Assembly: GCF_018398935.1 (NCBI RefSeq) | Contig: NZ_CP074694.1 | Coordinates: forward strand, 5,880,001 to 5,912,000 | DNA: 32,000 nucleotides | Direction of reading: 5' to 3' | From: Telmatocola sphagniphila | GTDB lineage: Bacteria; Planctomycetota; Planctomycetia; Gemmatales; Gemmataceae | Shown here: positions 9,713 to 19,057 of the stretch, piece after piece | How positions within the stretch are numbered: position 1 is the first letter of the stretch | Layout of the letters: the number at the start of each line of letters is the position of its first letter | Made by a program: the position numbers and the translations under genes | Notes under the pieces: generated by a model | Database searches by the model: none | The model's input: the letters and a program-made list of their open reading frames with translations, nothing else | What the model was told of the DNA's origin: nothing

Positions 9713-9745
9713 AAGAGTTCCGGTTGCCCGCCAACCGGAACTCTT
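9713..9745 (+). terminator. Intrinsic terminator hairpin downstream of the alcohol dehydrogenase gene
   Basis: A perfect 14-bp stem AAGAGTTCCGGTTG / CAACCGGAACTCTT has a 5-nt loop CCCGC. It starts 4 nt after the stop codon and is followed by TCTTC. Confidence 0.7.
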
Positions 9746-10014
9746 TCTTCGCGACCGCGGTGCGAGTCAACTATCGGAGGTAACTCGCTCTGATATTTCA
9801 GAGAAAGATTGTAATCGCGACCAGAGCCGGGCGAGGCATTGGCCATGAGGAAACAAGATTGGTTGAACATGTTATAAGTGCAAAAAATACTTTTTTTGAA
9901 ACTACTGCAGCGGCCGATTCTTCAAATCACTAGTATAGATTTCCCATAAGGTGACTTTTCTCCCGTGGGCAGTCGCAGCAACGCTTGCCCGATACACCAA
10001 GCAGCAAAAACCGG

Positions 10015-10794
10015 TTAGCCGACCTTCACGCTCAACATGGAAATGGAACCCCCATCGACGCCCTCTATCGGGAACGCGATCGGGTCGTTCTGCTGGCGGG
10101 TTCCCATCACATAGAGCAGGGGGAGAAAATGATCGGGAGTCGGAATCGAAAGCAGAGCATTGCGGCCCAGTTTTTCATATTGGATCAACGGGTTGAAGTC
10201 GCCAGACTCTAATATCTGTCTCGCTTCGGTCTCGAAGCGAACTGCCCAGTCGTACGGTTCAGACTCGTGACGTCCCCAGGCATAGGTATGCAGGTTATGG
10301 ACGATATTGCCGCTACCCAAAATCAGTATGCCTTCTGTTCGCAATGGGGCAAGCTTTCGGCCGATTTCGAAGTGAAACATCGAACCCTTCGTCTCGTCGA
10401 TGCTGAGTTGCACGACCGGAATATCTGCAGCGGGATAGACATGCGTAAGCACCGACCAAGTACCGTGATCCATCCCCCAGGAATTGTCCAGATTGACCGG
10501 CAAAGGTGCGAGCAATTGCTGGACTCGTCGTGCCAGTGCCGGATCGCCGGGGGCCAAATACTGGACTTGGTACAATTCGCGGGGGAATCCGCCAAAATCG
10601 TGAATGGTTCGCGGCGAGGTGCTGATGGTGACGCCGGTTCCGGGAACAAACCAGTGTGCCGAAATGGCAAGAATGGCCTTCGGCCTGGCGATTTGTTGGC
10701 CGATCCGCGACCAACCTTCGGTGAAACTGTTCTGCTGCAACGCATTCAAGGGATTGCCATGGCCGATGAAAAGGGCAGGTAGAATTTCCGACAT
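10015..10794 (-). CDS. 4,5-DOPA dioxygenase extradiol-like enzyme (LigB/YgiD class III extradiol dioxygenase)
   Basis: This 259-aa ORF carries LFIGHGNPLNAL, AILAISAHW, IHDFGGFP and WGMDHGTWSVL, which are characteristic YgiD/DODA blocks. Confidence 0.85.
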   Translation of the reverse strand: MSEILPALFIGHGNPLNALQQNSFTEGWSRIGQQIARPKAILAISAHWFVPGTGVTISTSPRTIHDFGGFPRELYQVQYLAPGDPALARRVQQLLAPLPVNLDNSWGMDHGTWSVLTHVYPAADIPVVQLSIDETKGSMFHFEIGRKLAPLRTEGILILGSGNIVHNLHTYAWGRHESEPYDWAVRFETEARQILESGDFNPLIQYEKLGRNALLSIPTPDHFLPLLYVMGTRQQNDPIAFPIEGVDGGSISMLSVKVG

Positions 10795-11064
10795 AGATGG
10801 CCGCCTTTCTGCGAATAGCTCAGGGGCTGCTGGATTCAGGCAGCGTTAGGATCGCTCCGCTCTGGAGAATTCGCTTTTGCCGGATCGGGGTTTCCTTGTC
10901 CGTCAAACAAGTCATTCTACCCCGAGGTGAATGCTTCCGGCGGACTCCTCAGCTACCGGCCTGCCATCTCGTACTGGAAAATCCCAAGTTTTGCGGGAGT
11001 TGTATCCTTCCCGTAAATTCTAGTACCACTCTCCAGTTCACGTTTGCCAAACACAGAACTTCAA

Positions 11065-12039
11065 TCAGGCTATCGGCCGCTGGCTGTTCGCCCCGGATAG
11101 TTCATCGTGCAGTTCCAAGACTCGTCGAACGTCCGGATGAACGACGCCACTCCCGATCGTTTCTAGAAACGCGCACGCGGCGTATCCCTGGGCGGCTTCC
11201 TCGTAGATGGCTATCCATTCGTTCCGCATCGGCATTCGTTCTGCTGCGATGGGCCAGACACCCGGACGAGGACCAAGATGCTTTTCAATACCCACCCGCC
11301 AAGGTTTGGCACTCAGGCGAGCGCGAAAGCACTGCTGATTCCAACACATCAGTGCATAAACCGGGTCCGTGCCCAATTCCTGAAAAAACTCTCTTACATC
11401 TGGGTCCGAAGGATTGAACGTCTGGTGAGTGACTAGAATCCTGAAACCAGCCGGTGTGCGATAAACTCGTAAGTTCCAATCCGGGTGCTGGGCCGCAAAT
11501 CTCGTCAGTCGTTGCTTAGCTGTGACATCTGCACTACCACCGGTGAACTTCAGATAGTTTCGATAAAGTACCCGGGAAATCGGCATCGCCCATAAAGCGC
11601 AGAAACCAAAAAACACACCAAGTGCCCCAGAGAGGAAATTCCAAGCGAGCAAGGCTCCCCCGGCCAAAAGCCCAAAAATGGTAAAGATCAGTCGGTAAGA
11701 GGGCTCTTCTTTAAAATCGACATCGGCAAACAGCACATTGGGAGTGTTTAAGCACCTCGCGCCATAGGAGTTTCGAGTGATGACGGTATCGCCGAAACGA
11801 CTGATTACTTCTTCGCGTATCGGTACACCTTGAGCCCCATTGTAGGGTACCTTGAGTTCCCGCCGCGGAATCTTTTCACCGGATAGGATGCGAAGAAGGG
11901 CTTCTTGGGCACGAGCATTGGCGTTATCTTGAGCCTCTAACTGGCTTACGTCTGACCAGCCGAATCGGCGTAGAGTGATCTGTCGACCCTTTTGGCGATT
12001 CTGAACTCGAGCTTCTGCCCAATACTGGGGGACGATCAT
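11065..12039 (-). CDS. Conserved hypothetical protein with a central two-helix TM hairpin
   Basis: This is a 324-aa ORF. The N-terminal soluble part reads MIVPQYWAEARVQ...GVPIREEVISRFGDTVITRNSYGARCLNTPNVLFADVDF. Two hydrophobic helices follow (LIFTIFGLLAGGALLAW, ALGVFFGFCALWAMPI). The C-terminal soluble part contains RVYRTPAGFRILVTH...CFRARLSAKPWR. I recognise no family name. Confidence 0.6.
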   Translation of the reverse strand: MIVPQYWAEARVQNRQKGRQITLRRFGWSDVSQLEAQDNANARAQEALLRILSGEKIPRRELKVPYNGAQGVPIREEVISRFGDTVITRNSYGARCLNTPNVLFADVDFKEEPSYRLIFTIFGLLAGGALLAWNFLSGALGVFFGFCALWAMPISRVLYRNYLKFTGGSADVTAKQRLTRFAAQHPDWNLRVYRTPAGFRILVTHQTFNPSDPDVREFFQELGTDPVYALMCWNQQCFRARLSAKPWRVGIEKHLGPRPGVWPIAAERMPMRNEWIAIYEEAAQGYAACAFLETIGSGVVHPDVRRVLELHDELSGANSQRPIA

Positions 12040-12205
12040 TCGATCTCCTCGAGGAGACTGCGGCCCTGAAGCTAATTTTTGGGGCGCGAATTGGCTTATC
12101 TATTTTTCGATTGTTAGCCGTGATAATCTTTTTTAATGTATTTCGACAGTGAACTGATCCAAGATCCGCTTTTTGAACCTGGCGGCTTATCTCAAGGGGC
12201 CAGGG

Positions 12206-12245
12206 AGTGGAAGCGCTGGGATTCGAGCTCAGGACCAACGGATTA
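12206..12245 (-). repeat. Displaced 3'-half copy of tRNA-Lys (att-like direct repeat)
   Basis: AGTGGAAGCGCTGGGATTCGAGCTCAGGACCAACGGATTA matches 29390-29429 at 38/40 positions in the same orientation. It covers the anticodon loop to the 3' end of the tRNA plus 2 nt. There is no 5' half, and both substitutions fall in the T arm, so it is not a functional tRNA. Confidence 0.85.
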
Positions 12246-12497
12246 TTCCTCCGGATGGAAAATTTGTCAGCACTTTCCGATTCGAGCAATTCAAACGGTA
12301 ACTATTCTGGTAGCAATGACCCAGCGAACCTGTCCGGCACGGGACGAAATCATCTGCCCGTCCTTCCTAAGCCCGCTGCGGCACCAAGCCCGATTGCCGG
12401 GTGCTTCACGCTAGCCCAGACCAGTTCTATCCATCACGCTGGGATCGCATTTTTATGGCGACGAGGCAAGATAAGCCGACTATTCGAAGGTCTTTTT

Positions 12498-13334
12498 CTA
12501 CGAGCCTTCCAACAGCTTTTTTAGCTCATGGAATTCTCCAAGAATTTCCTCTTCCAGTACTTTGTCCTCGGCAATATCTTCCTTGTCCCGGTTCAGGCTG
12601 GTGAAATGATGTTCACTCTCGGAGATCTTCTCCTCGGCGGCATGGAGTTCGTGGGTGTTGTTGATCTTGGTGGCGATAGCGACTCCCATGCTGCCTAGAC
12701 CAAGTATGATCGCCATCCCCCAGGCACCTCGAGCGAACTTGGCCTTCTTGACGAGCAACAGACCGACTGAGGCTATCACAATACCGATTTCCGCACCGAG
12801 AAAGGCAATCTCAAACCGGGAAGCAGTATTATCATGTACCTTGACCGCACTGCGGAAAGATTCAGCCCACTCGTTAGCGGCTTCGTTCTGCTCGCGAATG
12901 TGATGGATGAGGCCGAGAAAACGCTTGACGTCGGATTCGGTGGGAATGACAGTGTTGAGGATCTTATCGGTGCTCGCCTGCGTAGCTTTAATACTATTCT
13001 TGACATCGGGGCTTTTCACTTCGCCATCGATGACCTTCAGCTCCACATTTTTTTTCTTCAGATACTCGAGGTTGGGCATCGCCGCATGGAGTTGCTGAAG
13101 CTGGGCCTGTAAAGCGCGATATTTGTTCGACACCGCGGTGAACTTGGCCTTGGCGGTGTTCTCCTCGACCATCGTGGCGATCAATTCCGTGCGGGCTTCG
13201 CCGACCTGGGCCGAACATAGGGCCATAAGCACGCCGAGAATCGCAATGGTGATGCCGATGAATTGCGGCAGATGGCTGCCATCATGGGCGGCGTGTCCAG
13301 CATGTTCGATCTGTTCATGAATTTCATGACTCAA
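12498..13334 (-). CDS. DUF4337-like membrane protein
   Basis: This is a 278-aa ORF. A His-rich N-terminus (MSHEIHEQIEHAGHAAHDGSH) is followed by a TM helix, a long coiled-coil-like region, two C-terminal TM helices and an acidic tail. The architecture resembles DUF4337 as I remember it. Confidence 0.5.
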   Translation of the reverse strand: MSHEIHEQIEHAGHAAHDGSHLPQFIGITIAILGVLMALCSAQVGEARTELIATMVEENTAKAKFTAVSNKYRALQAQLQQLHAAMPNLEYLKKKNVELKVIDGEVKSPDVKNSIKATQASTDKILNTVIPTESDVKRFLGLIHHIREQNEAANEWAESFRSAVKVHDNTASRFEIAFLGAEIGIVIASVGLLLVKKAKFARGAWGMAIILGLGSMGVAIATKINNTHELHAAEEKISESEHHFTSLNRDKEDIAEDKVLEEEILGEFHELKKLLEGS

Positions 13335-14045
13335 GCTCGTTCTCCTGTCCAGGTTGCGGACTGTGCTTCAGGTTTACAGACACTGCATTATTCGAGATGT
13401 AATATACGGACAGTTGCGCCGATCCGGGAACACTGAATTGGAATTTTTGAGAGAAATGGGGCTGGAATCCTGATTCCGCTTGGCGGTACTCGTTTCTCGG
13501 TCAGTGAAGGCCGGCGCGTGTGAATGGCTATCTGCCAGTGCCGGAGTCCTAGTAACGAACGCAGTCAAGCTGAATACCCATCGCGACCAAGGCACGTCGG
13601 ATAGCGTTCAAGATGGTCAGGTACTTGATTCATTCTATCTACCTCTGGGATTGTTTCGAAAAGCTCCAAATTCTTCAGTCGATAGTTTTGCTGCAATTCC
13701 CATCAAGTCCCACATGCCGCCTTCGGTTGGGCAGGCTCCCCGAGTTTTACTACTTCTTCTCAGCAGTTTTGCGTTTTTTGAAGCTACACCCTCACCAACA
13801 GGTCAGGTACACTCAGATCCAAAAAATGGGCGTCGGTCCCCCAACCAGATCACCCGAACTGGCAGAATCTGAACGAAGGATCCTTCCTTGACCAGTTAGG
13901 AAGCTGATTGCACACGTTCGTGAGTTGATGCCGAAAAGAAAATTCTTTACTTTGATTCTGCATGGGGCGAGAATCAACGCAAATTCGAATCCGACTTCCT
14001 GGGTGAGGTGCATTCGGGAAAGATCGGCTCACAGGAGACTCAGTC

Positions 14046-15050
14046 GTGCTGAAACGTCGGATTTATTTGGCGGCCGTTATTTTGCTCAGTCTCACAGGAC
14101 CTGTTTTCGCGGCGGACAAAGTCCAGCCGGTGCGGATGGGCTGCGGGATTATGACCTTCGATACGGTTCCTGGCTGGGGTCTCAGTCCCGAAGGTAAGTC
14201 GCAAATCGGGCCGACACACGGCAGCGTCGTCATCGATAAAGCCGGCAATATCTATACCAGCGCCGACGCAGGGGTTTTCGTCTTCTCGCCAGACGGCAAG
14301 ATTATTCGGCGATTCGTCGACGATCAGCACTCGCGAATTCACGACATGAAGATTCGAGCCGAAGCCGATGGCGAATTCATCTATGGCGCTCGCAACGCGA
14401 ATGGGGAAGGCATCAAGTTCAATGCGGAAACCGGTGCGATCGTTTTGAAACTGCCGTTTCCCAAAGAGTCGGGTTTGACCCAGAAGGCGTTCAATCCGAC
14501 GGCCATTGCCGTCGCTTCCAACGGCGATATCTATCTGTCAGACGGGTATGCCAGCGACCATATCTTCAAGTTCGACAAGACCGGCAAGTACCTGATGCAC
14601 TTCGGAGTGAAAGGGAACGAACTGAAACAATTCAACACGGCCCATGGCATGGTCCTCGACACGCGTTATGAACCCGCTCGTCTTTTGATCTGCGACCGTA
14701 ACCACAGTCCCAAGGGCCGATTGTTGCATTACAGTTTGCAGGGTGAATTCATTGGCGAGGTCATTACCGGACTGGGCATGCCCACTTCTGCGGCAATTCA
14801 CGGCGACTACGTGTCTGTTCCAGATCTCCAGGGACGCGTTGTCATTCTTGACAAGAGCAACACGATCATGGCCGTATTAGGCTATAATCCCGACCCCGCG
14901 AAAGGGGGGAACTACTCCATTCCCCAATCCCAATGGGTCGAAGGGATCTTCAGCGGCACGCATGGTTCCTACTGGGACAAGGACGGCAATCTGTACGTGC
15001 AGGATTGGAACATGAATGGCCGCATAATGAAGCTGGTGCGAGTCAAGTAG
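14046..15050 (+). CDS. Secreted NHL-repeat / six-bladed beta-propeller protein (peptidylglycine amidating-lyase-like)
   Basis: The GTG start has AGGAG at 14033-14037. It has a signal peptide (LAAVILLSLTGPVFAA) and repeated NHL-like blocks (DKAGNIYTSD, ASNGDIYLSDGY, DGNLYVQDW). Confidence 0.75.
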   Translation: MLKRRIYLAAVILLSLTGPVFAADKVQPVRMGCGIMTFDTVPGWGLSPEGKSQIGPTHGSVVIDKAGNIYTSADAGVFVFSPDGKIIRRFVDDQHSRIHDMKIRAEADGEFIYGARNANGEGIKFNAETGAIVLKLPFPKESGLTQKAFNPTAIAVASNGDIYLSDGYASDHIFKFDKTGKYLMHFGVKGNELKQFNTAHGMVLDTRYEPARLLICDRNHSPKGRLLHYSLQGEFIGEVITGLGMPTSAAIHGDYVSVPDLQGRVVILDKSNTIMAVLGYNPDPAKGGNYSIPQSQWVEGIFSGTHGSYWDKDGNLYVQDWNMNGRIMKLVRVK

Positions 15051-15223
15051 GGTGGAAGAAAAGGACCTGTTGATTGGCAACTGTGGGCGATTGCCTTTAG
15101 CAGTTCGACGCGCTGTGTTCTAGGTAGCATACGAATATCCATTATGGTAAACCCATTGGCTCGGCAGCATCCGGATCGACGTCTCATGATGCCTCTGGGC
15201 TACGTTAGTATGCAACCACCAGG

Positions 15224-15682
15224 ATGGACTCTATGATCGTGGAAGCAGCAGTCACCATCCAGGGTTCCCAGGCTGCAATCTGGAATGTGATCACCAACAT
15301 CGAAAACGCCTCGGAAATCATCTCGGGAATCGAAAAAATTGAAGTCCTTGAAAAGCCAGCGAGCGGGTTGGTCGGACTGAGGTGGCGAGAGACACGAATT
15401 CTCTTCGGCAAGCCCGCTACAGTGGAAAAGTGGATTACCGAGGCTATCGATAACGAGTTTTACAAAACTAGAGCGGAAGACGGTGGATTCGTATTCTTAA
15501 CCACCAAAAGCATTTCACAGAGCAATGGAAGTATGACATTGGCGGAGTCTCATCAGTCCACGCCCCAGAGTAATTTTGCAAAACTCATGTCGGTCCCAAT
15601 GCGACTATTGTTCAAGGGCGTGGTGAAAAAGGCCCTCTTGAAAGACCTGAAGGATATTAAGTCTGCGGTCGAACAGAAATAA
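15224..15682 (+). CDS. SRPBCC-superfamily (polyketide cyclase/START-like) protein
   Basis: This is a 152-aa ORF whose pattern fits SRPBCC proteins: AAVTIQGSQAAIWNVITNIENASEIISGIEKIEVLE...GLRWRETRILFGKPATVEKWITE. The start could instead be the second in-frame ATG, 9 nt downstream. Confidence 0.6.
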   Translation: MDSMIVEAAVTIQGSQAAIWNVITNIENASEIISGIEKIEVLEKPASGLVGLRWRETRILFGKPATVEKWITEAIDNEFYKTRAEDGGFVFLTTKSISQSNGSMTLAESHQSTPQSNFAKLMSVPMRLLFKGVVKKALLKDLKDIKSAVEQK

Positions 15683-16113
15683 TCAGTTCTGGCCTAAGCA
15701 ACAGCAAGCGCAGCAGAGGGCGAGCCGAACTTCCAATGATTCGCAGTTTCAGCAGTCCGTCCAACGCGCGTCATCGATTCACGAAGAGTTATTCCTTACC
15801 CAAAAGCAAATCGACCACCTAGCAGCCTTTAGTGTGAAGATCCTCCCCGCGACATTGTTGGAGGATATCGCCCGTCCAACATGCGGAGAGGGTTGTGGCG
15901 TTCGATCTCAAGCGGCCCTGTGCTATTCAATCTGGAAATTCTCTTAGGATTTTGGTTGGAATACTGTTCCAGCCTTAAGGGCTTGCTTTCTAGGTCGGAA
16001 GACTTGTGTGAGGAGCCCGCAGCCTCGGGTTGGTTACTGCGTGTGTTCTTCGGATACTAAGCTGAGCGGATTTGCAATTCGCCGACATGAAATAGAGATT
16101 GGAAAGTGTCGAA

Positions 16114-16584
16114 ATGACAATCTTCGAGAACACCCCTTCGGGATATTCGCACACGCAGAAGGCCCCGCTCTGCTGGATCCTGTACGCCTCGGCCTTGGCG
16201 TGCCTGCTTCTGGCCTATTCCATTGCGGAAACTCCGGTGCTGTATATTTCCGGCATGGTAGGTCTGCTCCTTGGTTTGTTCGTCGCTCCAGCCTTTCATC
16301 ACCTCACCGTCGAAGATCGGGGCGATAGGCTAGCGATTCGATATGGTCCTATGCCTCTGTTCCGCAGGACTGTTCGATATGCAGACATCGAATCGGTTAG
16401 AGTAGGACGGACCTTGCTATTCGACGGCTGGGGCATCCACATGAGCATTCAGGGCGGCTGGGTGTGGAACTTGTGGGGCCGGAGCTGCGTGGTCGTCCAT
16501 TTCAAGAACGGGGGCACGCTGCGGATCGGTACTGACGATGCCGAGGGGTTGGCGAGGTTTCTGGAGGGCAAGCTGAGTGAATAG
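16114..16584 (+). CDS. Small membrane protein with two TM helices and a bacterial-PH-like C-terminal domain
   Basis: ATG 16114 is preferred over the track's TTG 16099. The TM helices are PLCWILYASALACLLLAYSI and VLYISGMVGLLLGLFVAPAF. These are followed by LTVEDRGDRLAIRYGPMPLFRRTVRYADIESVRV...GWGIH...LRIGTDDAEGLARFL. The fold assignment is inference. Confidence 0.5.
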   Translation: MTIFENTPSGYSHTQKAPLCWILYASALACLLLAYSIAETPVLYISGMVGLLLGLFVAPAFHHLTVEDRGDRLAIRYGPMPLFRRTVRYADIESVRVGRTLLFDGWGIHMSIQGGWVWNLWGRSCVVVHFKNGGTLRIGTDDAEGLARFLEGKLSE

Positions 16585-16767
16585 GGGAAAGTCGATCCTG
16601 CCCCGGCGCTCCAGTCAATAAAAGTCAGCGGAAAAGCGAACGGAATCAATACGCATGGCAATTCCAATTTACCAGACATCTATACAGTCAGCCGCGACCT
16701 GAATCGGTAACGTGCTGGAGGGCTACGAATCGAAGATTGAATGCGATAGGGATCGGGAAAGTGTTCT

Positions 16768-17238
16768 ATGATCGTCGAAGTGATGGAAGGCGACCTGCTC
16801 AATCAGGATGTGGAAGTAATCGTCAACTCCTGGAACCGGAACATCGTTCCTTGGTGGCTGTTGCTTCCCCAGGGCGTCTCCGGGGCCATCAAGCGGGGAG
16901 GAGGTACAGCCCCGTTCAAGGAGGTCCGCCGGTATGGCACTATCCCTTTGGGGGGTGCAGTGCTGACTTCAGCGGGAAGGTTGCCATTCAAAGGAATCAT
17001 TCACGTCGCCGGGATCAATATGCTCTGGAGAGCATCGGAGCGATCGATTCGGGATTCCGTAAAGAATGCCGTGCGACTAGCCCACGAAAAGAGTTTCGCC
17101 TCAATGGCCTTCCCGTTGATTGGGGCTGGATCCGGCGGCTTCAACCCGGATCAAGCGAAGACTTTGATGCTGGATGAACTTAGCAAGATCGAGGTTCTGA
17201 TGTCGGTGAAAGTCGTAGTTTTCCCAGGGTCGAAATAA
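16768..17238 (+). CDS. Macro-domain protein (ADP-ribose binding/hydrolase fold)
   Basis: This 156-aa ORF carries GDLLNQDVEVIVNSWN...GVSGAIKRGGG...GGAVLTSAG...IIHVAG...SMAFPLIGAGSGGF, the typical macro-domain glycine-rich loops. Its stop TAA (17236-17238) shares one base with the next ATG. Confidence 0.8.
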   Translation: MIVEVMEGDLLNQDVEVIVNSWNRNIVPWWLLLPQGVSGAIKRGGGTAPFKEVRRYGTIPLGGAVLTSAGRLPFKGIIHVAGINMLWRASERSIRDSVKNAVRLAHEKSFASMAFPLIGAGSGGFNPDQAKTLMLDELSKIEVLMSVKVVVFPGSK

Positions 17239-19052
17239 TGACTCGCATCTGCATGTCAGCCGTATTCGCTGCACTTGTCCCGTTATTGGCTATAGCTGCC
17301 GATGAACCGAAAGCACCCGGCACCGTCGAGCAACTGTTCGCTGATTTCGACCCCAGGAAAGACCCGCTCGATACCAGGCTCGTCCGAGAGTGGGAGAAGG
17401 ACGGCATCGTCTATCGCTATGTCACTTTTCATATCGGCCTCTTCAAGGGCAAACCGGCACGGATGGCGGCGTACTACGGCTTCCCTAAGGGAGCCAAGCA
17501 TTTGCCCGGCCTGTTGCACCTTCACGGAGGCGGGCAGCGGGCCTTTCTCAGCGAAGTCGAATTCTATGCCAAACGGGGTTATGCCTGCCTGTCGATCAAT
17601 TGGGGCGGTCGTGAAATGGAGAACGCCAAAGAGGGCGATCCGAATACCGATTGGGGGGCGGTCGATCCAACGCAGAAGAACGTGCCGGGATACTCCAACC
17701 TCAAGCCCGGTGACAAATACCTCGATCCGTTCGAGTCGCCCCGCAACAACAACTGGTACTTGCTCACGCTGGGGGCCAGACGAGGGCTGACGTTTCTGGA
17801 GCAACAGCCTGAGGTCGATGCCAGCCGCTTGGGCGTTTACGGTCACTCGATGGGCGGCAATCTGACGGTCTACGTTGCTGGCAGTGACGACCGGGTAAAA
17901 GCCGCTGCACCTTCCGTGGGTGGATCAGGTTTCCGCACCGAACCTTGGCCGCTGTTGCCGCAGGCGAGGATGGAATCGCCGAACGGTGACGTGAAGCTGT
18001 TCAATGCGACCATCGGCTTCGAGTCTTATGCCCCCAACATCCAGGCACCGTTGCTCTGGCTGGGGGCGACCAACGATTTCCACGGCATCATGGATGACAC
18101 CTATCGTACCGGGGATTTGATCCCGCACAAGAACGTCCGGTACTCCTTCACGCCCCACATGAATCATAGGTTCACGTCGGAGTTCGCCGTGACGAGGCCG
18201 CTCTGGTTCGACCAGTATCTCAAAGGCAGTTTTACGTTTCCAAAGACCCCGGACTCAAAGCTGATCCTAGCCACCGAAGACCATGTTCCCGAATGGCAGG
18301 TCACGCCCGATGCGTCGCAACCTGTAGCCGAGGTCCATGTGTACTACTCGATCGATCCCGATCCACGGGCAAGATTCTGGCGATCAGCCGAAGTCAAGAA
18401 AACGGGCGCTGCCTGGACCGCCAAGTTGTCGATCCTGGCCGTGGATCAACCGCTCTTCGCCTTCGCCAACGTCATTTATCCATTGAAGAAGTCCGAGTCG
18501 GAACCTTATGCCCGCCCGACCGAACGCTATGCGATCAGTTCCCAGCTGCACACAGCTATCCCGAAAGACCTCCTCCGGAATGAAGTGAAGGCGACAGACA
18601 AGCCTTCGCCGCTGATTGACGACTACTCGCACGGCTGGCAGGACTGGTATCTGCTGGAGGCGGGCAATCCGCACCATTGGGAATTCTCAACCCGAAAACT
18701 CGCCAATCCCAAATGGCAGGGGCAAATGGGGCAGCGCCTGGCCCTTGAAGTACAAACCGAGAAGCCGAATGAACTGGTTATCATCCTGACGGAGAACATC
18801 TTCCGGGGCTACCGTGGCAAGTCGCAAGAGTTCGTGGCGGTCGTGAAGCTCAACGGCGGCCAGAACACGCAAACTGTGTCTCTGGAGCCGAAGGATTTCA
18901 AGACCAGGGACGGGGAGGCCCTGTCCTCATGGAAGAACGTCGATCTTCTCAGCTTGCGGGCGTATTACGAGAAAGGTGGCAAGTTGCTCGGCAGCAAGAG
19001 TTGGGCAGGCGGTCTACCGAAGTTTCGGAAACTGTGGTGGCAAGGCAACTAA
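17238..19052 (+). CDS. Secreted alpha/beta hydrolase (acetylxylan-esterase / dienelactone-hydrolase-like) with an uncharacterised ~300-aa C-terminal region
   Basis: It has a signal peptide (MSAVFAALVPLLAIAA), an oxyanion-type LHLHGGG motif and a nucleophile elbow GVYGHSMGG. It is 604 aa long. Confidence 0.75.
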   Translation: MTRICMSAVFAALVPLLAIAADEPKAPGTVEQLFADFDPRKDPLDTRLVREWEKDGIVYRYVTFHIGLFKGKPARMAAYYGFPKGAKHLPGLLHLHGGGQRAFLSEVEFYAKRGYACLSINWGGREMENAKEGDPNTDWGAVDPTQKNVPGYSNLKPGDKYLDPFESPRNNNWYLLTLGARRGLTFLEQQPEVDASRLGVYGHSMGGNLTVYVAGSDDRVKAAAPSVGGSGFRTEPWPLLPQARMESPNGDVKLFNATIGFESYAPNIQAPLLWLGATNDFHGIMDDTYRTGDLIPHKNVRYSFTPHMNHRFTSEFAVTRPLWFDQYLKGSFTFPKTPDSKLILATEDHVPEWQVTPDASQPVAEVHVYYSIDPDPRARFWRSAEVKKTGAAWTAKLSILAVDQPLFAFANVIYPLKKSESEPYARPTERYAISSQLHTAIPKDLLRNEVKATDKPSPLIDDYSHGWQDWYLLEAGNPHHWEFSTRKLANPKWQGQMGQRLALEVQTEKPNELVIILTENIFRGYRGKSQEFVAVVKLNGGQNTQTVSLEPKDFKTRDGEALSSWKNVDLLSLRAYYEKGGKLLGSKSWAGGLPKFRKLWWQGN

Positions 19053-19057
19053 ACGGC

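Noticed and set aside
10267-10782. Three overlapping ORFs (171, 133 and 140 aa) within the dioxygenase gene, and the 206-aa ORF at 10797-11417
   Set aside because: They overlap well-supported genes (the YgiD-like gene and the 324-aa hypothetical) in other frames or on the other strand, and their sequences are not protein-like.
12207-12524. A 105-aa ORF starting inside the tRNA-fragment repeat. ORFs 29255-29473 and 29267-29497 similarly cross the tRNA-Lys gene.
   Set aside because: They read through tRNA-derived sequence (MEALGFELRTNG..., ...GIRTQDQRIKSPLLYQLSYASGT). These are artefacts of open frames over RNA genes.
13981-14000. A TTCGAATCC motif resembling a tRNA T-loop
   Set aside because: The flanking bases do not form a T stem, and there is no cloverleaf context.
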